A DNA stretch of 62,238 nucleotides, filler included, from a candidate division TA06 bacterium SM23_40 (GTDB taxonomy: Bacteria; LJUI01; SM1-40): the NCBI GenBank assembly GCA_001303705.1. It is 6 parts of 6 records of this genome, joined end to end, with 100 filler letters (N's around TTAATTAATTAA, not from the genome) between each part and the next. Parts side by side here need not be neighbours in the genome. Positions count along the whole stretch, not along the records: positions 26,702 to 45,609 come from LJUI01000036.1; 5 more parts are not named here. The stretch is one strand, 5' to 3'. Below are positions 30,610 through 41,075 of this stretch, piece by piece (positions within the stretch are counted from its first letter, which is position 1; each line of letters begins with the position of its first letter). Position numbers and translations under genes: made by a program. The notes beneath the pieces are model-generated. The model did not search any database. It was not told where the DNA came from and worked only from the letters and a program-made list of their open reading frames with translations.

Positions 30610-32388
30610 ATGCCGAATCTCGAGTCGACCGTCGTGCTCGCAGTGGTTGTCGCCGCCATGGGCCTGTTCATCAGCGGGAAACTGCGGGTTGACCTCATAG
30701 CTCTCTGTGTATTGACTGCCCTGGTCGTGCTGCGTCTCATCGAGCCGGGCCAGGCCCTGTACGGGTTTGCAAGCCCGGCCACGGCGACTGTCGCGGCCAT
30801 GTTCGTTCTGAGCGCCGGGTTGGTGCGGACTGGTCTTGTCCAATGGCTGGCACGCCGGCTGGACAGGCTCGCCGGGAAATCTGAGACACGCCTGGTTCTT
30901 GTGTTGTGCGCAGCCATTGCCGTTCTCTCCGCGTTCATTGTGAACACCGCCACCGTCGCAATCTTCATCCCGGTCGCCGCGGTATTGGCGAGAGCGCGCA
31001 GAATCGCTCCGTCCCGGGTATTAATGCCCCTCTCCTTCGCCAGTCAGTTCGGCGGTGTATGCACCCTGATCGGCACGTCGACAAACATATTGGTCAACTC
31101 GATTGCGGTCGATGCCGGTCTGGCTGGCTTCGGGCTGTTCGAGTTCGCCCGCCTGGGAATACTGATGTCGGTCTTCGGCATCGTCTATCTCGTCATCGCG
31201 ACTCGCTGGCTGCTGCCCAGGCGGGAAGGAGAAATAGAGCAGGTTGACAAGTACCGTCTTGCTGACTATTTGGCGGAACTGCTTGTTGAGAAGACCTCAT
31301 CGCTTATCGGGAAGACGTGGGTCGAGAGCGAGGCGGGTACCGATAGAGAACTGACTCTGATCAAGCTGATACGCGGTGGCGACGCGACGTGGCGGCCCTT
31401 GAGGACGAAACTGGAAGCAGAAGACATCCTGGTGCTCCACGGGGATGTGGAGAAGCTCATGGCGCTTGCTGACCAGTATGGTCTGACCATGAAGACAGAT
31501 GTGACCATGCGCGATCAAGAGATCAGCTCTGACGAGCTGAAATTGATAGAGACTGTTATCCCGCCGCGCTCGAGTCTGGTCGGGCGCACACTACGGGATG
31601 CGGGTTTCTTTCGTCGGTATGGAGGGGTGGTTCTTGCCCTGCAGCGCCGGGGAAGAGTCCTGCGTGAGCGTCTCGGCGATATTCAGCTCGACGGCGGGGA
31701 CACGCTCTTGGTGCAAGGCGGCAGGGAAGACGTATCCCGTCTCATGCGATCACCAGACCTGATAGTGACGAATGAGTTGACGGAGCTCTATCTACGGAAG
31801 GATCGGGCCGTTTACGCACTCTTACTGTTGCTAGCAGTAGTCGTCCTGGCTGTGACCAACGCCGTGCCGATCTTTGTCGCCGCACTGATAGGCGCTGTGG
31901 GCATGGTATTGAGTGGCTGCCTGAGAATGGAGGAAGCCTACAGGGCGATAGATTGGAGGGTGATCTTCCTGCTGGGCGGCATCCTTCCGCTGGGGCTCGC
32001 ACTTGAGGAGACCGGGGCTGCCGCCTGGCTGGCGAATGCAACATTGGGTCCGTTTGTGCGATTCGGGCCAGTTGCGGTACTGGCGGTGATATACATCGTC
32101 ACGGCGATCCTGACGGAAACGATGTCGAACAATGCCGCTGCCATCCTGCTCGCGCCCATCGCACTTTCTGCAGCTACGTCGATAAACGTAGACCCTCGGC
32201 CGTTCTTGGTGGCGATAACATTCGCCGCCTCGACGAGCTTTGCCACACCCGTCGGCTATCAGACGAACACTATGATCTACGCCCCGGGAGGGTACCGTTT
32301 CAGCGACTACACTCGCGTTGGCGGACCACTCAATGTGGTCTTCTGGGGTCTGGCCGTGCTCCTCATACCCTTGCTGTGGCCGTTATGA
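30610..32388 (+). CDS. SLC13/CitMHS family permease with two TrkA-C domains
   Basis: GGVCTLIGTSTN, TETMSNNAAA, FATPVGYQTN. Confidence 0.9.
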   Translation: MPNLESTVVLAVVVAAMGLFISGKLRVDLIALCVLTALVVLRLIEPGQALYGFASPATATVAAMFVLSAGLVRTGLVQWLARRLDRLAGKSETRLVLVLCAAIAVLSAFIVNTATVAIFIPVAAVLARARRIAPSRVLMPLSFASQFGGVCTLIGTSTNILVNSIAVDAGLAGFGLFEFARLGILMSVFGIVYLVIATRWLLPRREGEIEQVDKYRLADYLAELLVEKTSSLIGKTWVESEAGTDRELTLIKLIRGGDATWRPLRTKLEAEDILVLHGDVEKLMALADQYGLTMKTDVTMRDQEISSDELKLIETVIPPRSSLVGRTLRDAGFFRRYGGVVLALQRRGRVLRERLGDIQLDGGDTLLVQGGREDVSRLMRSPDLIVTNELTELYLRKDRAVYALLLLLAVVVLAVTNAVPIFVAALIGAVGMVLSGCLRMEEAYRAIDWRVIFLLGGILPLGLALEETGAAAWLANATLGPFVRFGPVAVLAVIYIVTAILTETMSNNAAAILLAPIALSAATSINVDPRPFLVAITFAASTSFATPVGYQTNTMIYAPGGYRFSDYTRVGGPLNVVFWGLAVLLIPLLWPL

Positions 32389-32543
32389 GCGACCACTGGG
32401 GGGGATGGTTCATCGGGGTGGGCCCTAGAGCTCGGGCCAGCACCTGTCCTGGCGAGCCTCGCCTCGCACACACAATCAGAGCTCTGTCTGGAGTCGGGTG
32501 GCGACGCCGGGGAAGTACGGTGAGTTTGCGCTCCGGATGGGCA

Positions 32544-33290
32544 CTACTCGATTCTTCCTCGCACTTTGTCCCACGAGCCGGTGGTGAGGAAGCTCTCCGG
32601 CATGTTGTCGATCATGCGGACGAGCTTCGGCCAGGGAACCGCGAACGACAGCACTTCATCTGGCACACACGGACGCGCGGAGACATCGAACATGCCGAGC
32701 ACTGCCCGGGGGCGAGCGGAGGCGCGCTCCCGGTACGGATAGTCGACTATCGAGGCGCATCCCGAACAGAAGGGAGCGATTACTCCATTGGGATCGGCCT
32801 CGTCGAAGTTGGCCAGTGTGAACAGGCCCGAGAGGACGTCCGGGGGTGAAAAGAAGATCACGACGGCCGGTTCATCCTTGCTACCCAGGTTGTCCCACCT
32901 CTTGAAGACGATGTACTCGGCAGGGGCGCGAAGCGGGGGATGGTGTTTGAGAAGCTCTCGCACCAGTTCCGGCGACTTCTTATAGCGTTCACCTTCGAGT
33001 TCGCCGGGAATGCCGCATGAGAGGAAGTACTCGAAGTTCGGCATCAGATCCTGTTCGAATCCCAGATACCGCCTCCCGCCGGGGCAGCCGATTCCGTCGA
33101 CGTTGAAGCAGAGTGATGCGCCGCTGCGCACTCTGGTAAGATCGCAGATGACACACCGGTGCTCACGAGGGGGCGGCACGAGCTCTCTCTGCGTCTCCTC
33201 ATCAGTGTAGTAGAATGCGATTGGAAGCTCGGCCCTGAAGAAGTACTTCTTCCAGAGTTCCACGAACCGCTGTTTGAGTTTCTCGTCCAC
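32544..33290 (-). CDS. DUF169 domain protein
   Basis: C.GG.RYLGF, GERYKKSPE, PDVLSGLFTLANF, GCASIV, GMFD.SARP. Confidence 0.75.
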   Translation of the reverse strand: MDEKLKQRFVELWKKYFFRAELPIAFYYTDEETQRELVPPPREHRCVICDLTRVRSGASLCFNVDGIGCPGGRRYLGFEQDLMPNFEYFLSCGIPGELEGERYKKSPELVRELLKHHPPLRAPAEYIVFKRWDNLGSKDEPAVVIFFSPPDVLSGLFTLANFDEADPNGVIAPFCSGCASIVDYPYRERASARPRAVLGMFDVSARPCVPDEVLSFAVPWPKLVRMIDNMPESFLTTGSWDKVRGRIE

Positions 33291-33457
33291 CGTCAATACC
33301 TCCCCCGGTCGCCCACCTCGGAGACCATCTCTGTAGTCGGGCAACGGCTACATCTCCATTGAGTCCTTGCACCCGAGTTCCTTGATGGACTTGAGTTCGC
33401 TGAGATAGATGGGTCGCGCTCCCCATGTGACTGTCTCCCTCCCCTCAGCGCCTGCCC

Positions 33458-34933
33458 CTAACATCCATCGTGACCTTTGTCGCCGGATTCAATGCGAGCA
33501 CGCACAACGCGCGCGTTGCGTATACACTCCCATCCTTCGATCACGTGCTCACGGCGGGTCTGTGTCTGGCCGACGCAGAAGCGGAGTGTGAAGCGCCCTC
33601 CGAGCCGCGTGTGCGTGATGTAGATGCGTCCTGAGGCGTTCACTTCGTCGAGCAGTGCTTTGTTGAGTTGATCCAGCTTCTCGTCCGAGAGCTCGTCCTC
33701 GGCCTCAGCTCTGGGGTGGAACCGAAAGCAGATGGTGTTGAGCGGCACGGGAGCGAGGAGCTCGAAGTGCTCGCTCGCCTCCACCCAGGTGCGGAACTCC
33801 TCGGCGAGGGCGATGTGCTCACGGAGACGCTGTTGCAATCCCTGCACACCATAGGAACGGAGCACGAACCAGAGCTTGAGCGCCCGGAAGCGGCGGCCGA
33901 GCTGGATGCCCCAGTCCCGGTAGTTTGTCACGTGCCGGTCGAGATCCGTCTTGAGATACTCGGGGAGGACGGAAAGCGCCCGGATGAGCGTCTCTGGATC
34001 GCGGGTGAAGTAGGCTGAGCAATCGAAGTTCGTGAACAGCCACTTGTGGGGATTGAAGACGAACGAGTCGACGCCTTCAATGCCTTGCAGGATCCAACGC
34101 TTCTCCGGTAAGATCGCGGCGCTTCCGGCCAGCGCGGCGTCCACATGGAGCCAGAGGCCGTATCGCTCCGCTACTGAGGCGATGGGTGTCAATGGATCGA
34201 TAGCTGTAGATGATGTCGTCCCCACTGTCGCCACGATGCAGCAGGGGCGGAGCCCGGTTCTCTGATCGGCTACGATACGCTGTTCGAGATCGCGCGGATC
34301 CATCGCGTATGCCTCGTCAACTTCGACGCGGACCACGTTCTCAGCCCCGAAACCCGCGATCTTCGCATCCTTCTCGACGGAGGAGTGGCCCTCCTGAGAC
34401 GTGTACACACGCAGCGTCCCGCCCTCTGTGCCGGCAGCGAAGCCGTGGGCGTTCACTCTGAAACCCGTGACCCGCTCACGGGCACAGACCAGGGCGCAGA
34501 GCGTGCCCGTAGATGCTGTGTCCTGGATCACGCCGCGGAACCTCTCGGGCAATCCCAGCATTTGCCGCAACCAGTCCATGACCAGTTCCTCGAGCTCCGT
34601 GGCAGCAGGACAGGTCTGCCAGACCATGGCGTTAATGCCCAGCGCAGCCGAGAGCAGTTCTCCCAGGATCGAGGGCCCGCTGTTGTTTGCAGGGAAATAA
34701 GCGAAGAAGCGGGGGTGGTTCCAGTGGGTGACTCCCGGGACTATTATGTCGCGGAAGTCGGCAAGTATCTTGTCCATTGGCTCGCCCGTCACCGGAGGCT
34801 CCCGCGGGAGCTGCTTTTGCACCTCTCCCGGGACCACAGGGGAGAGGACAGGGTAGCGCTCCACATCTTCCAGATAGTCGGCCACCCAGTCGACGACCTG
34901 ATGCCCGTAACGCCTGAAGGTTTCTCTCTCCAT
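33458..34933 (-). CDS. Group II PLP-dependent (aromatic L-amino acid) decarboxylase
   Basis: PGVTHWNHP.FFAYFP, HSSVEK, HVDAA, NPHKW, RRFRALKLW. Confidence 0.92.
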   Translation of the reverse strand: MERETFRRYGHQVVDWVADYLEDVERYPVLSPVVPGEVQKQLPREPPVTGEPMDKILADFRDIIVPGVTHWNHPRFFAYFPANNSGPSILGELLSAALGINAMVWQTCPAATELEELVMDWLRQMLGLPERFRGVIQDTASTGTLCALVCARERVTGFRVNAHGFAAGTEGGTLRVYTSQEGHSSVEKDAKIAGFGAENVVRVEVDEAYAMDPRDLEQRIVADQRTGLRPCCIVATVGTTSSTAIDPLTPIASVAERYGLWLHVDAALAGSAAILPEKRWILQGIEGVDSFVFNPHKWLFTNFDCSAYFTRDPETLIRALSVLPEYLKTDLDRHVTNYRDWGIQLGRRFRALKLWFVLRSYGVQGLQQRLREHIALAEEFRTWVEASEHFELLAPVPLNTICFRFHPRAEAEDELSDEKLDQLNKALLDEVNASGRIYITHTRLGGRFTLRFCVGQTQTRREHVIEGWECIRNARVVRARIESGDKGHDGC

Positions 34934-35037
34934 CGCCTGCTCTCCTCGGCACACGCCGGCCGCCGGGCGGCAGCTCTCCGCATGTCAGGACGCGCTGAAT
35001 CCCAATCGGCTCCCGGCGTAGTGCGCCCCTGTCGATC

Positions 35038-36894
35038 TCAGTACAAATCGCGCAATTTCATCTTGAGTTTCTTCATCTTCCCGTCGCGGAGAATGGTGAA
35101 GCGGTACTCGGTCCCTGCGTCTTCCCGCAGGAGCTCACGGACTGAGATGACCCCCGCAAAGTAGTCCGCACTGATACCGTTGATCGACTCGATGATGTCG
35201 CCTTTCTTGAAACCCGCCTCTGCAGCAGGAGTATCGGGGGAGACGAAATTGACCTCCATATCATCATCTTCCGATAGCCAGATCTGGAGGCCGCTCCTGT
35301 CTCTCGGGGGTGTTCGGTTGAAGTCCGCTCCCTTTTCGACGATGAGCTGCTGGCGTTCGTAATCGAGGTACAGCACGAAGCGCTGAAAGAGTCTATTGCC
35401 GAGGGTGCCAATCGGCTCCGCGTCACCGAATGTCTCCGGACACCTCCCCGGAGGAACGCTGATGAGCGGATCTTTTACCACGAACCCCGCGAATTCTATC
35501 GTCCGAAAGCGCAGGTTCCGCACCGGGAATTCGCCGCCCGCACCGCGGCCCACTCTCTCAATCCCTCTCCGGATGACAACGCCCTCTATGTCGGGAGGAA
35601 GGCAATCGAGATGCACGCCGCCAGCACCGAGATCGACCCTCCATTTACCGGAATATTTACCGTCAACGGTGGTCGCCACAGTGAAGATATTCTCCCTCAG
35701 CGGAGCCTCGAGTACTGTGCCGTCGCCGTGGTACTCAAACCTGTCCGGATGATAGAATGAAAGCTTTTCGTTGGCGTAGTCGACCTTCGTTACGAGTCTC
35801 GACAGGAAGTCGTACCCGAGAATTCCCGCCACATCCAATCCGAACGCATTGTGGAATAGGTCATGAATATTGAGAGAGGCAACCATCTGTTCGCTGAATT
35901 CTATGCCGGGGATACTGTATGGAGGCAGTGTAGTGAAGGAGATCTCGACCGGGCCTCCCGCGCCCTGGCCCATCAGTCTGCCTTCGGGCTGGAGGCCGAG
36001 TTCGGCAGCAAAGGCTGAGTCGATGACCGATACACTTGCCCCGGTGTCGAGAATCCAGAGCGTCTTTTTGCCGCCGATCGAGACATTCAGGTAGATGTGT
36101 TCCTCAATGTACTGGAACGGGATGTCCTCAGAGCTCCAGCCCTCGGTGAAGGAAAAATCCTGGACATCCTGCTGAGGCGGCTCGAAAAGGGAAGGTTCGA
36201 ACTCCCGGCCAACGTCATAGGTGGCCAGCTGAATCGTCATCGTCTGGCCGACCGGCGCGATCGCGACCTCCATTTTGAATGGGCGATGGACCCCGTTGAC
36301 CTGCCGGTAGTCTGAGTAGAGCGTTTCGATTTCCATGTCTGGCTGCAGCTGCAGGGATTTCCTGAGAAACAGGTCTCGGGTATCGAAATACTCATACCGG
36401 ATGTCCTGGTTGATGGTGTTCTCGATCTTGACGAGGTAGCAGTCGTCCGTGCCGACTGTCTCAATGCCTTCAAAGCTCAGAGTGAAGTGCTCTGAGTCCG
36501 GATTTAGATGGTCGTACATCTCGAGCAAGGTCTCGATCTTCCTTCTCGCAATCGCCGCCTCATCGCGTACGATGGTGAGCTTTCCATTTGTGTCGACCAC
36601 CCAGTTGACCTGACCATTGTCCCCCGTAGTCTGCCTGAAGACCTTCAGGTCGAGCTCCTCTCGTCTTCTGGCTGGCGGCTCCATCCACTGTTTAATGGTG
36701 CCCTCCATGCCGGGCATGGTCACCGTCCCCTCGGAATATCTCGTCTCCTCCGCGGCGAGTCTTTCCAGTCCCCCGATAGCCTTGTAGTGCTTGTGGAGGA
36801 TCTCGTACGGATCGGCCAGCCCCTGGCCGAGGGCGGCACCCGCGGTCAGTATGAGGACGATTGGCACTGACAGAATCTGTCCATGGGAACGCAT
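35038..36894 (-). CDS. Secreted retropepsin-like aspartyl protease with PDZ domain
   Basis: Signal peptide; LolA-like N-terminal region; ILDTGA...GILGYDFL, second repeat RVDLGA...GTLGN; C-terminal PDZ (PAAEAG.KKGD.I..ING). Confidence 0.8.
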   Translation of the reverse strand: MRSHGQILSVPIVLILTAGAALGQGLADPYEILHKHYKAIGGLERLAAEETRYSEGTVTMPGMEGTIKQWMEPPARRREELDLKVFRQTTGDNGQVNWVVDTNGKLTIVRDEAAIARRKIETLLEMYDHLNPDSEHFTLSFEGIETVGTDDCYLVKIENTINQDIRYEYFDTRDLFLRKSLQLQPDMEIETLYSDYRQVNGVHRPFKMEVAIAPVGQTMTIQLATYDVGREFEPSLFEPPQQDVQDFSFTEGWSSEDIPFQYIEEHIYLNVSIGGKKTLWILDTGASVSVIDSAFAAELGLQPEGRLMGQGAGGPVEISFTTLPPYSIPGIEFSEQMVASLNIHDLFHNAFGLDVAGILGYDFLSRLVTKVDYANEKLSFYHPDRFEYHGDGTVLEAPLRENIFTVATTVDGKYSGKWRVDLGAGGVHLDCLPPDIEGVVIRRGIERVGRGAGGEFPVRNLRFRTIEFAGFVVKDPLISVPPGRCPETFGDAEPIGTLGNRLFQRFVLYLDYERQQLIVEKGADFNRTPPRDRSGLQIWLSEDDDMEVNFVSPDTPAAEAGFKKGDIIESINGISADYFAGVISVRELLREDAGTEYRFTILRDGKMKKLKMKLRDLY

Positions 36895-36962
36895 TCGTTT
36901 GCCTCCTTGTCGATCTGGTGATCGTGATGGTTCGGCGATGTCTCCTTCAAGAATCAGGCCGT

Positions 36963-37793
36963 TCACGGTATGTATACATACCTGCCTTCTGCTACGATCA
37001 ATCCCTCCCGTTCGAGCTGCTCGAGGTTCTTCGTGACCAGTGTCGGGGCGCATTCGATCTCATGGGGCAGTCTATCCCGGGCAATCCGGCGTCTGTCGAC
37101 AAGTGATCGAAGGATCTTGCCTCTGATCTGTCGGTTCGAGCCTTCGAACTGCGTCTGTCTCGAGTGGTGTGCGCTTCGACTGCTGGGGTTCGGATGTTCC
37201 TTCTTCAGCGCCGCTCCGTAGTCCATGAGTGCGCAGTACCATATCCGGGGATTGCTGGTGTCGACCGTCTGGGCGACAAGGGGGCGTATCTCGCTGTCCT
37301 TGACGGAGTCTCTTTCAGTGAAGAAATGATGTATGAAGACCGTGCGTATGTTGGTTTCTATCAGGATGGTCGGCTGGTCGAACGCGAACGCACAGATCGC
37401 GTGGGCGGTGGCGACGCCGATCCCCGGGAGAGCAGTGAGCGCCTCTGCATCGGATGGGATCTTTCCGTTGTATTCCGCGGTAAGAGTCTCGGCTATCCGC
37501 TTCAGTGCGAGGGCTCGTCGGTTATATCCCAATCCCTGCCAGACGGCGAGTATCTCGCGCAGCGGGGCGCGTGCGAGGGAGACGATGTCGGGGAATGTGC
37601 GCAGGAACAGATCGTACTTCTCGATTACGCGCGGGACCTGCGTCTGCTGGAGCATCATCTCTGAGACGAGGATCCTGTACGGATCCGTGGACTTCCGCCA
37701 CGGAAGGTCTCGGCCGTGGCGGTTGTAGTGCGCGTACACCACGTTGCGAAACTCTCTGATCTGTCGCTTATTGAGGGCCGGCTGCTGTCTCAT
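36963..37793 (-). CDS. mutY: Short A/G-specific adenine glycosylase (MutY-like, HhH-GPD)
   Basis: R.LPWR, VSEMMLQQTQV.RV, WQGLGY.RRA, LPGIG..TA. Confidence 0.8.
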   Translation of the reverse strand: MRQQPALNKRQIREFRNVVYAHYNRHGRDLPWRKSTDPYRILVSEMMLQQTQVPRVIEKYDLFLRTFPDIVSLARAPLREILAVWQGLGYNRRALALKRIAETLTAEYNGKIPSDAEALTALPGIGVATAHAICAFAFDQPTILIETNIRTVFIHHFFTERDSVKDSEIRPLVAQTVDTSNPRIWYCALMDYGAALKKEHPNPSSRSAHHSRQTQFEGSNRQIRGKILRSLVDRRRIARDRLPHEIECAPTLVTKNLEQLEREGLIVAEGRYVYIP

Positions 37794-37919
37794 TATCGTT
37801 TAAACTCTCTGTAGCACAAGAGCACGGAAACTGCCTCTATATCACTCGTTATGCAGGAGAGGACGGCCTGACGACCAGATCGAGCGCCAGCTGGTCGTGT
37901 GCCTCGGACAGGCGAATGG

Positions 37920-39017
37920 TTATGCGGAGCTGGGCGGGAACGATGGTGCCTTCTCCAGAGGAGCCCGTCCGTCACTGACGTAGAGAGTCTGCGTGGGATA
38001 GGCGAATTCGATACCCTGCTCCTCAAAGGCCTCGTAGATAGCCAGGTTGATCGCCTGCTGGATGTCCATATACAGCCTGTAATCGGGGTCGAGCACGTAG
38101 TAGACGACCTCGAAATTGAGAGAGAAGTCGCCATACTCCTTGAAATGGGCCCGATCGAAGCGCGTCAACTCCAGGGGCTCCACGATCTGCTGTACTATCG
38201 AAGGAATCTCGCGGAGCTTCTCGTGCGGTGTCTGGTAGATTACTCCGAACGAGAAGACGATGCGTCGTTCCGCCATGCGTTTGTAGTTTCTGATCCGGCT
38301 GCTCAGGAGGTCATTATTCGAGAAGATGAGCTGTTCGCCCGAGAGACTGCGGATTCGCGTCGTCTTGAGGCCTATGTGCTCAACGGTTCCGAGATAGGTA
38401 TCGACGATGATGAAATCTCCGATGACGAACGGCTTATCCAGCGATATGGAGAGAGACGCGAAGAGGTCGGCAAGGAGTCCCTGGACGGCCAGTGCGACGG
38501 CGATGCCTCCGACCCCTAAGCTGGCAATGAGCGTGGTCACCTCTACGCCCGGTATGTTGTCGAGGGCGAGAAGTGCGACAATGGAGAAGAGAATGAGCCG
38601 GACGACAAAGCTGAGCGCTCTGACGGTTGTCACACGCGCCGCATCCTCTTCGATCTGCCGTCGTTGATAACGGGTAACCCAGAACGGGATGATGGCATCC
38701 GCCCACAGCGCGATCTGTATGAGGAGCGCGATAAAGGCCAGTGTGCCGATCCAGACGGGAACCTTTCCGGGGAGGGTGAGCGCAAGGGATCCGGCGTAGG
38801 TGGAGAATATGGCGAGGAGAAAGGAGTTCGTTCTCCGGGAGAGGAGCGTCACTAGCTCGTCCCAGTCGCCGGGGATCCTCCGCACTACGGCAGAGAAGCG
38901 ACGGTGCAGAAGGGTCCGCAGAATACGGAGTGCCGCCAAGGCGGTCAGGGTGATGAGAAGACCGACCAGCCACCGCTGGAGCGTGTTACCGAGATACGTC
39001 CATTCGAGAAAGTCCAT
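37920..39017 (-). CDS. Small-conductance mechanosensitive channel (MscS family)
   Basis: SLGVGGIAVALA, DKPFVIGDFI, GTVEHIGLKTTR, IEFAYPT. Confidence 0.92.
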   Translation of the reverse strand: MDFLEWTYLGNTLQRWLVGLLITLTALAALRILRTLLHRRFSAVVRRIPGDWDELVTLLSRRTNSFLLAIFSTYAGSLALTLPGKVPVWIGTLAFIALLIQIALWADAIIPFWVTRYQRRQIEEDAARVTTVRALSFVVRLILFSIVALLALDNIPGVEVTTLIASLGVGGIAVALAVQGLLADLFASLSISLDKPFVIGDFIIVDTYLGTVEHIGLKTTRIRSLSGEQLIFSNNDLLSSRIRNYKRMAERRIVFSFGVIYQTPHEKLREIPSIVQQIVEPLELTRFDRAHFKEYGDFSLNFEVVYYVLDPDYRLYMDIQQAINLAIYEAFEEQGIEFAYPTQTLYVSDGRAPLEKAPSFPPSSA

Positions 39018-39192
39018 CGTTTCCTCCTCTGCTCGTGCCCTCGACGTGACGAATATCGATCTGGCCTCTGGTGGTCGAGACTCCGCTCAGTCAGGAGCAC
39101 CCGGGCATACGTGAGAGGTCACCATTGTATCGCTGCCTGGGCCTGAGAGTCAACGGATTCGAAATCCCGGACGCAGAGCGAGTAGAAACGAA

Positions 39193-39227
39193 CCATCTGG
39201 TGTGCTTCGGGTGTGCAGACCAGATGG
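39193..39227 (-). terminator. Putative terminator hairpin downstream of the DUF2807 gene
   Basis: ccatctgg...ccagatgg inverted repeat followed on the minus strand by ttcgtttct. Confidence 0.4.
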
Positions 39228-39304
39228 GGAAATGGAGGAGCCGTCTGCCGGGGAGAACGAGCGGCGGTGGCGGGCCCAGCGAAAGAGGAGATCGGGATCT
39301 GCCC

Positions 39305-40027
39305 CTATCGGTCTCCGATGCGCCTAACGTCCCCGGAACCGCTCACTGACGTAACTACTCGGGGGCTCCCGTAGTAGTCGACCTCCCCGCTGCCGCTGAC
39401 GGCGACGCTCAGGTTTTCGCGGACCCAGACTCTGGCGGAGCCGGAACCACTCACATCGACTGCTGTTGACTGACTCTCCAGTTCCGAGCCACGGTACTCG
39501 CCGGAGCCAGAGATGGCGACCACCTGTCGGGGGACTTCCCCCTCCACATCACACCTGCCCGAGCCAGTGATGTCGGTATGTAGCTCCTCTGCCCTGAGCG
39601 AGCTGATGGTGATGCTACCAGATCCCGATATGGCCAGGCCCAGACGGTCCGTCGCGACGGAGGGCGCTTCAATGCTTCCTGAGCCTGAGACCTCGAGTCC
39701 GACGATCTCCTTCATGGTGAGGGTATACGTGATCGGCTTCGTCGGTCGGATCGCCGTCCCTCTCTCAGCGCGTCTGAACCCGAGGACGAGTTGACTGTTC
39801 TTCACCTTGGCTTCGATGTAGGGCATGATATTATCTTCAGCCTCGATCGTGAGCGATTCCCTCTCGCCTTGCGTGAGATTCACGGTGCCTGAACCGTTGA
39901 GCGAGATCTTGTTGAAGTTGCTCACATCAGGGGACTCGGTGACGAGGGTTCCTGAGCCGCTGATCACTTTACAGCCTCCTATGAGAAAAGCAGCTGCGAC
40001 CAGTGGGATAGCGATGCACTTCATCAT
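39305..40027 (-). CDS. DUF2807 (head GIN domain) putative adhesin, lipoprotein
   Basis: LIGGC lipobox; EAEDNIMPYI; repeated ..SGSG.. beta-solenoid motifs; YYGSP. Confidence 0.85.
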   Translation of the reverse strand: MMKCIAIPLVAAAFLIGGCKVISGSGTLVTESPDVSNFNKISLNGSGTVNLTQGERESLTIEAEDNIMPYIEAKVKNSQLVLGFRRAERGTAIRPTKPITYTLTMKEIVGLEVSGSGSIEAPSVATDRLGLAISGSGSITISSLRAEELHTDITGSGRCDVEGEVPRQVVAISGSGEYRGSELESQSTAVDVSGSGSARVWVRENLSVAVSGSGEVDYYGSPRVVTSVSGSGDVRRIGDR

Positions 40028-40211
40028 CCGGCATCTCCCTCCTTCGTATGCGCCCGCGTAGCAGACCTCTACTTGGCTGCGTGGGTACGCGGCGGTGGTA
40101 CATGTGATCTGACCGCGTGGCCTCCATGCATCTCTCCGGTCGTTCACCGCGGGGTGGATCCACCGCCATCTATGAGGTGAGTCTACGGCTGCCCACGGGG
40201 CGGGCCTATCT

Positions 40212-40586
40212 TCACTCATGCGGCGGCTCCGGGGGCTTGTGGAGTCCGAGCACCTTATCCGGCAACAGAACCTTTCCCGCCTTAGTCATCTTTCCGGCAC
40301 GCAGCATCCTGAGTGCGCGAGCCAGGTTGGAGTTCGACCAGGTGCTACGCCTCTCCCGCGGCGTGAAGCGACGTGCGAACTTACCTTGGTCTATCGACTT
40401 CAGCTGGCCATCGATCCAGCCGTAGCATATGGCCTCCTCGACAGAGGCGTCATAGGAGATCGATGGTGTGCCCGTCGCTTTCTTGTAGAAGATGAGCCAG
40501 ATCTCGTTCTTGTGGCGGTGGTGGTGAGCAAGCCACCGCCGCCACTCCCTGCGCGACGTCACATAGAGAGTCTCACCTATGTCCAT
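40212..40586 (-). CDS. YdeI/OmpD-associated family protein (N-terminal domain only)
   Basis: WR.WL..HH, EIWL...KK, EEA.CYGWIDG, RFTPR...S.WS..N. Confidence 0.8.
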   Translation of the reverse strand: MDIGETLYVTSRREWRRWLAHHHRHKNEIWLIFYKKATGTPSISYDASVEEAICYGWIDGQLKSIDQGKFARRFTPRERRSTWSNSNLARALRMLRAGKMTKAGKVLLPDKVLGLHKPPEPPHE

Positions 40587-41075
40587 CGGTTCTCTCAGAT
40601 GGTGTGTAACTCCCGGCGATATACGGAGCGCGGGACGCACTCACCCCGGCGAGGCAACTCGCCCGGCGGTCCGCACACAGGATCCATTGATCCGGCCGTT
40701 GCAGAGTCCGCACCCTGCCTATGAGTCAGGCAGTATCGTGTTCGGGAGTCGCGTAGGATACAAATACCACACTGAGGGGAACAGAGTCAACCAGAGAACC
40801 GGGTCTGCACTTCTGCGGAGACGATTGGCTTGATACACCAACGCCCCGCAGATGATGAGTCAGTACGTGGGGCAGGTCGCCTCAACTCATATATCCTCAC
40901 CTGCGAGGCGGTGGTGGAAGTGCGGCGATATCTGTCAGTATGCGAAACGAGTTGTGCAGCGTCCTCCTCGACTCATCCCCCTGACATGGTGGCGCCGTAT
41001 ATCGATTTACCGGATCGCGCGTTGCCGTACACTCGGACACGGCCGGGAGCGTCCTCCAACCGGAGCAAGCTCAGG

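Noticed and set aside
40640-41070. tRNA or other ncRNA in the intergenic region
   Set aside because: No cloverleaf, T-loop consensus or other recognisable RNA motif found by eye.
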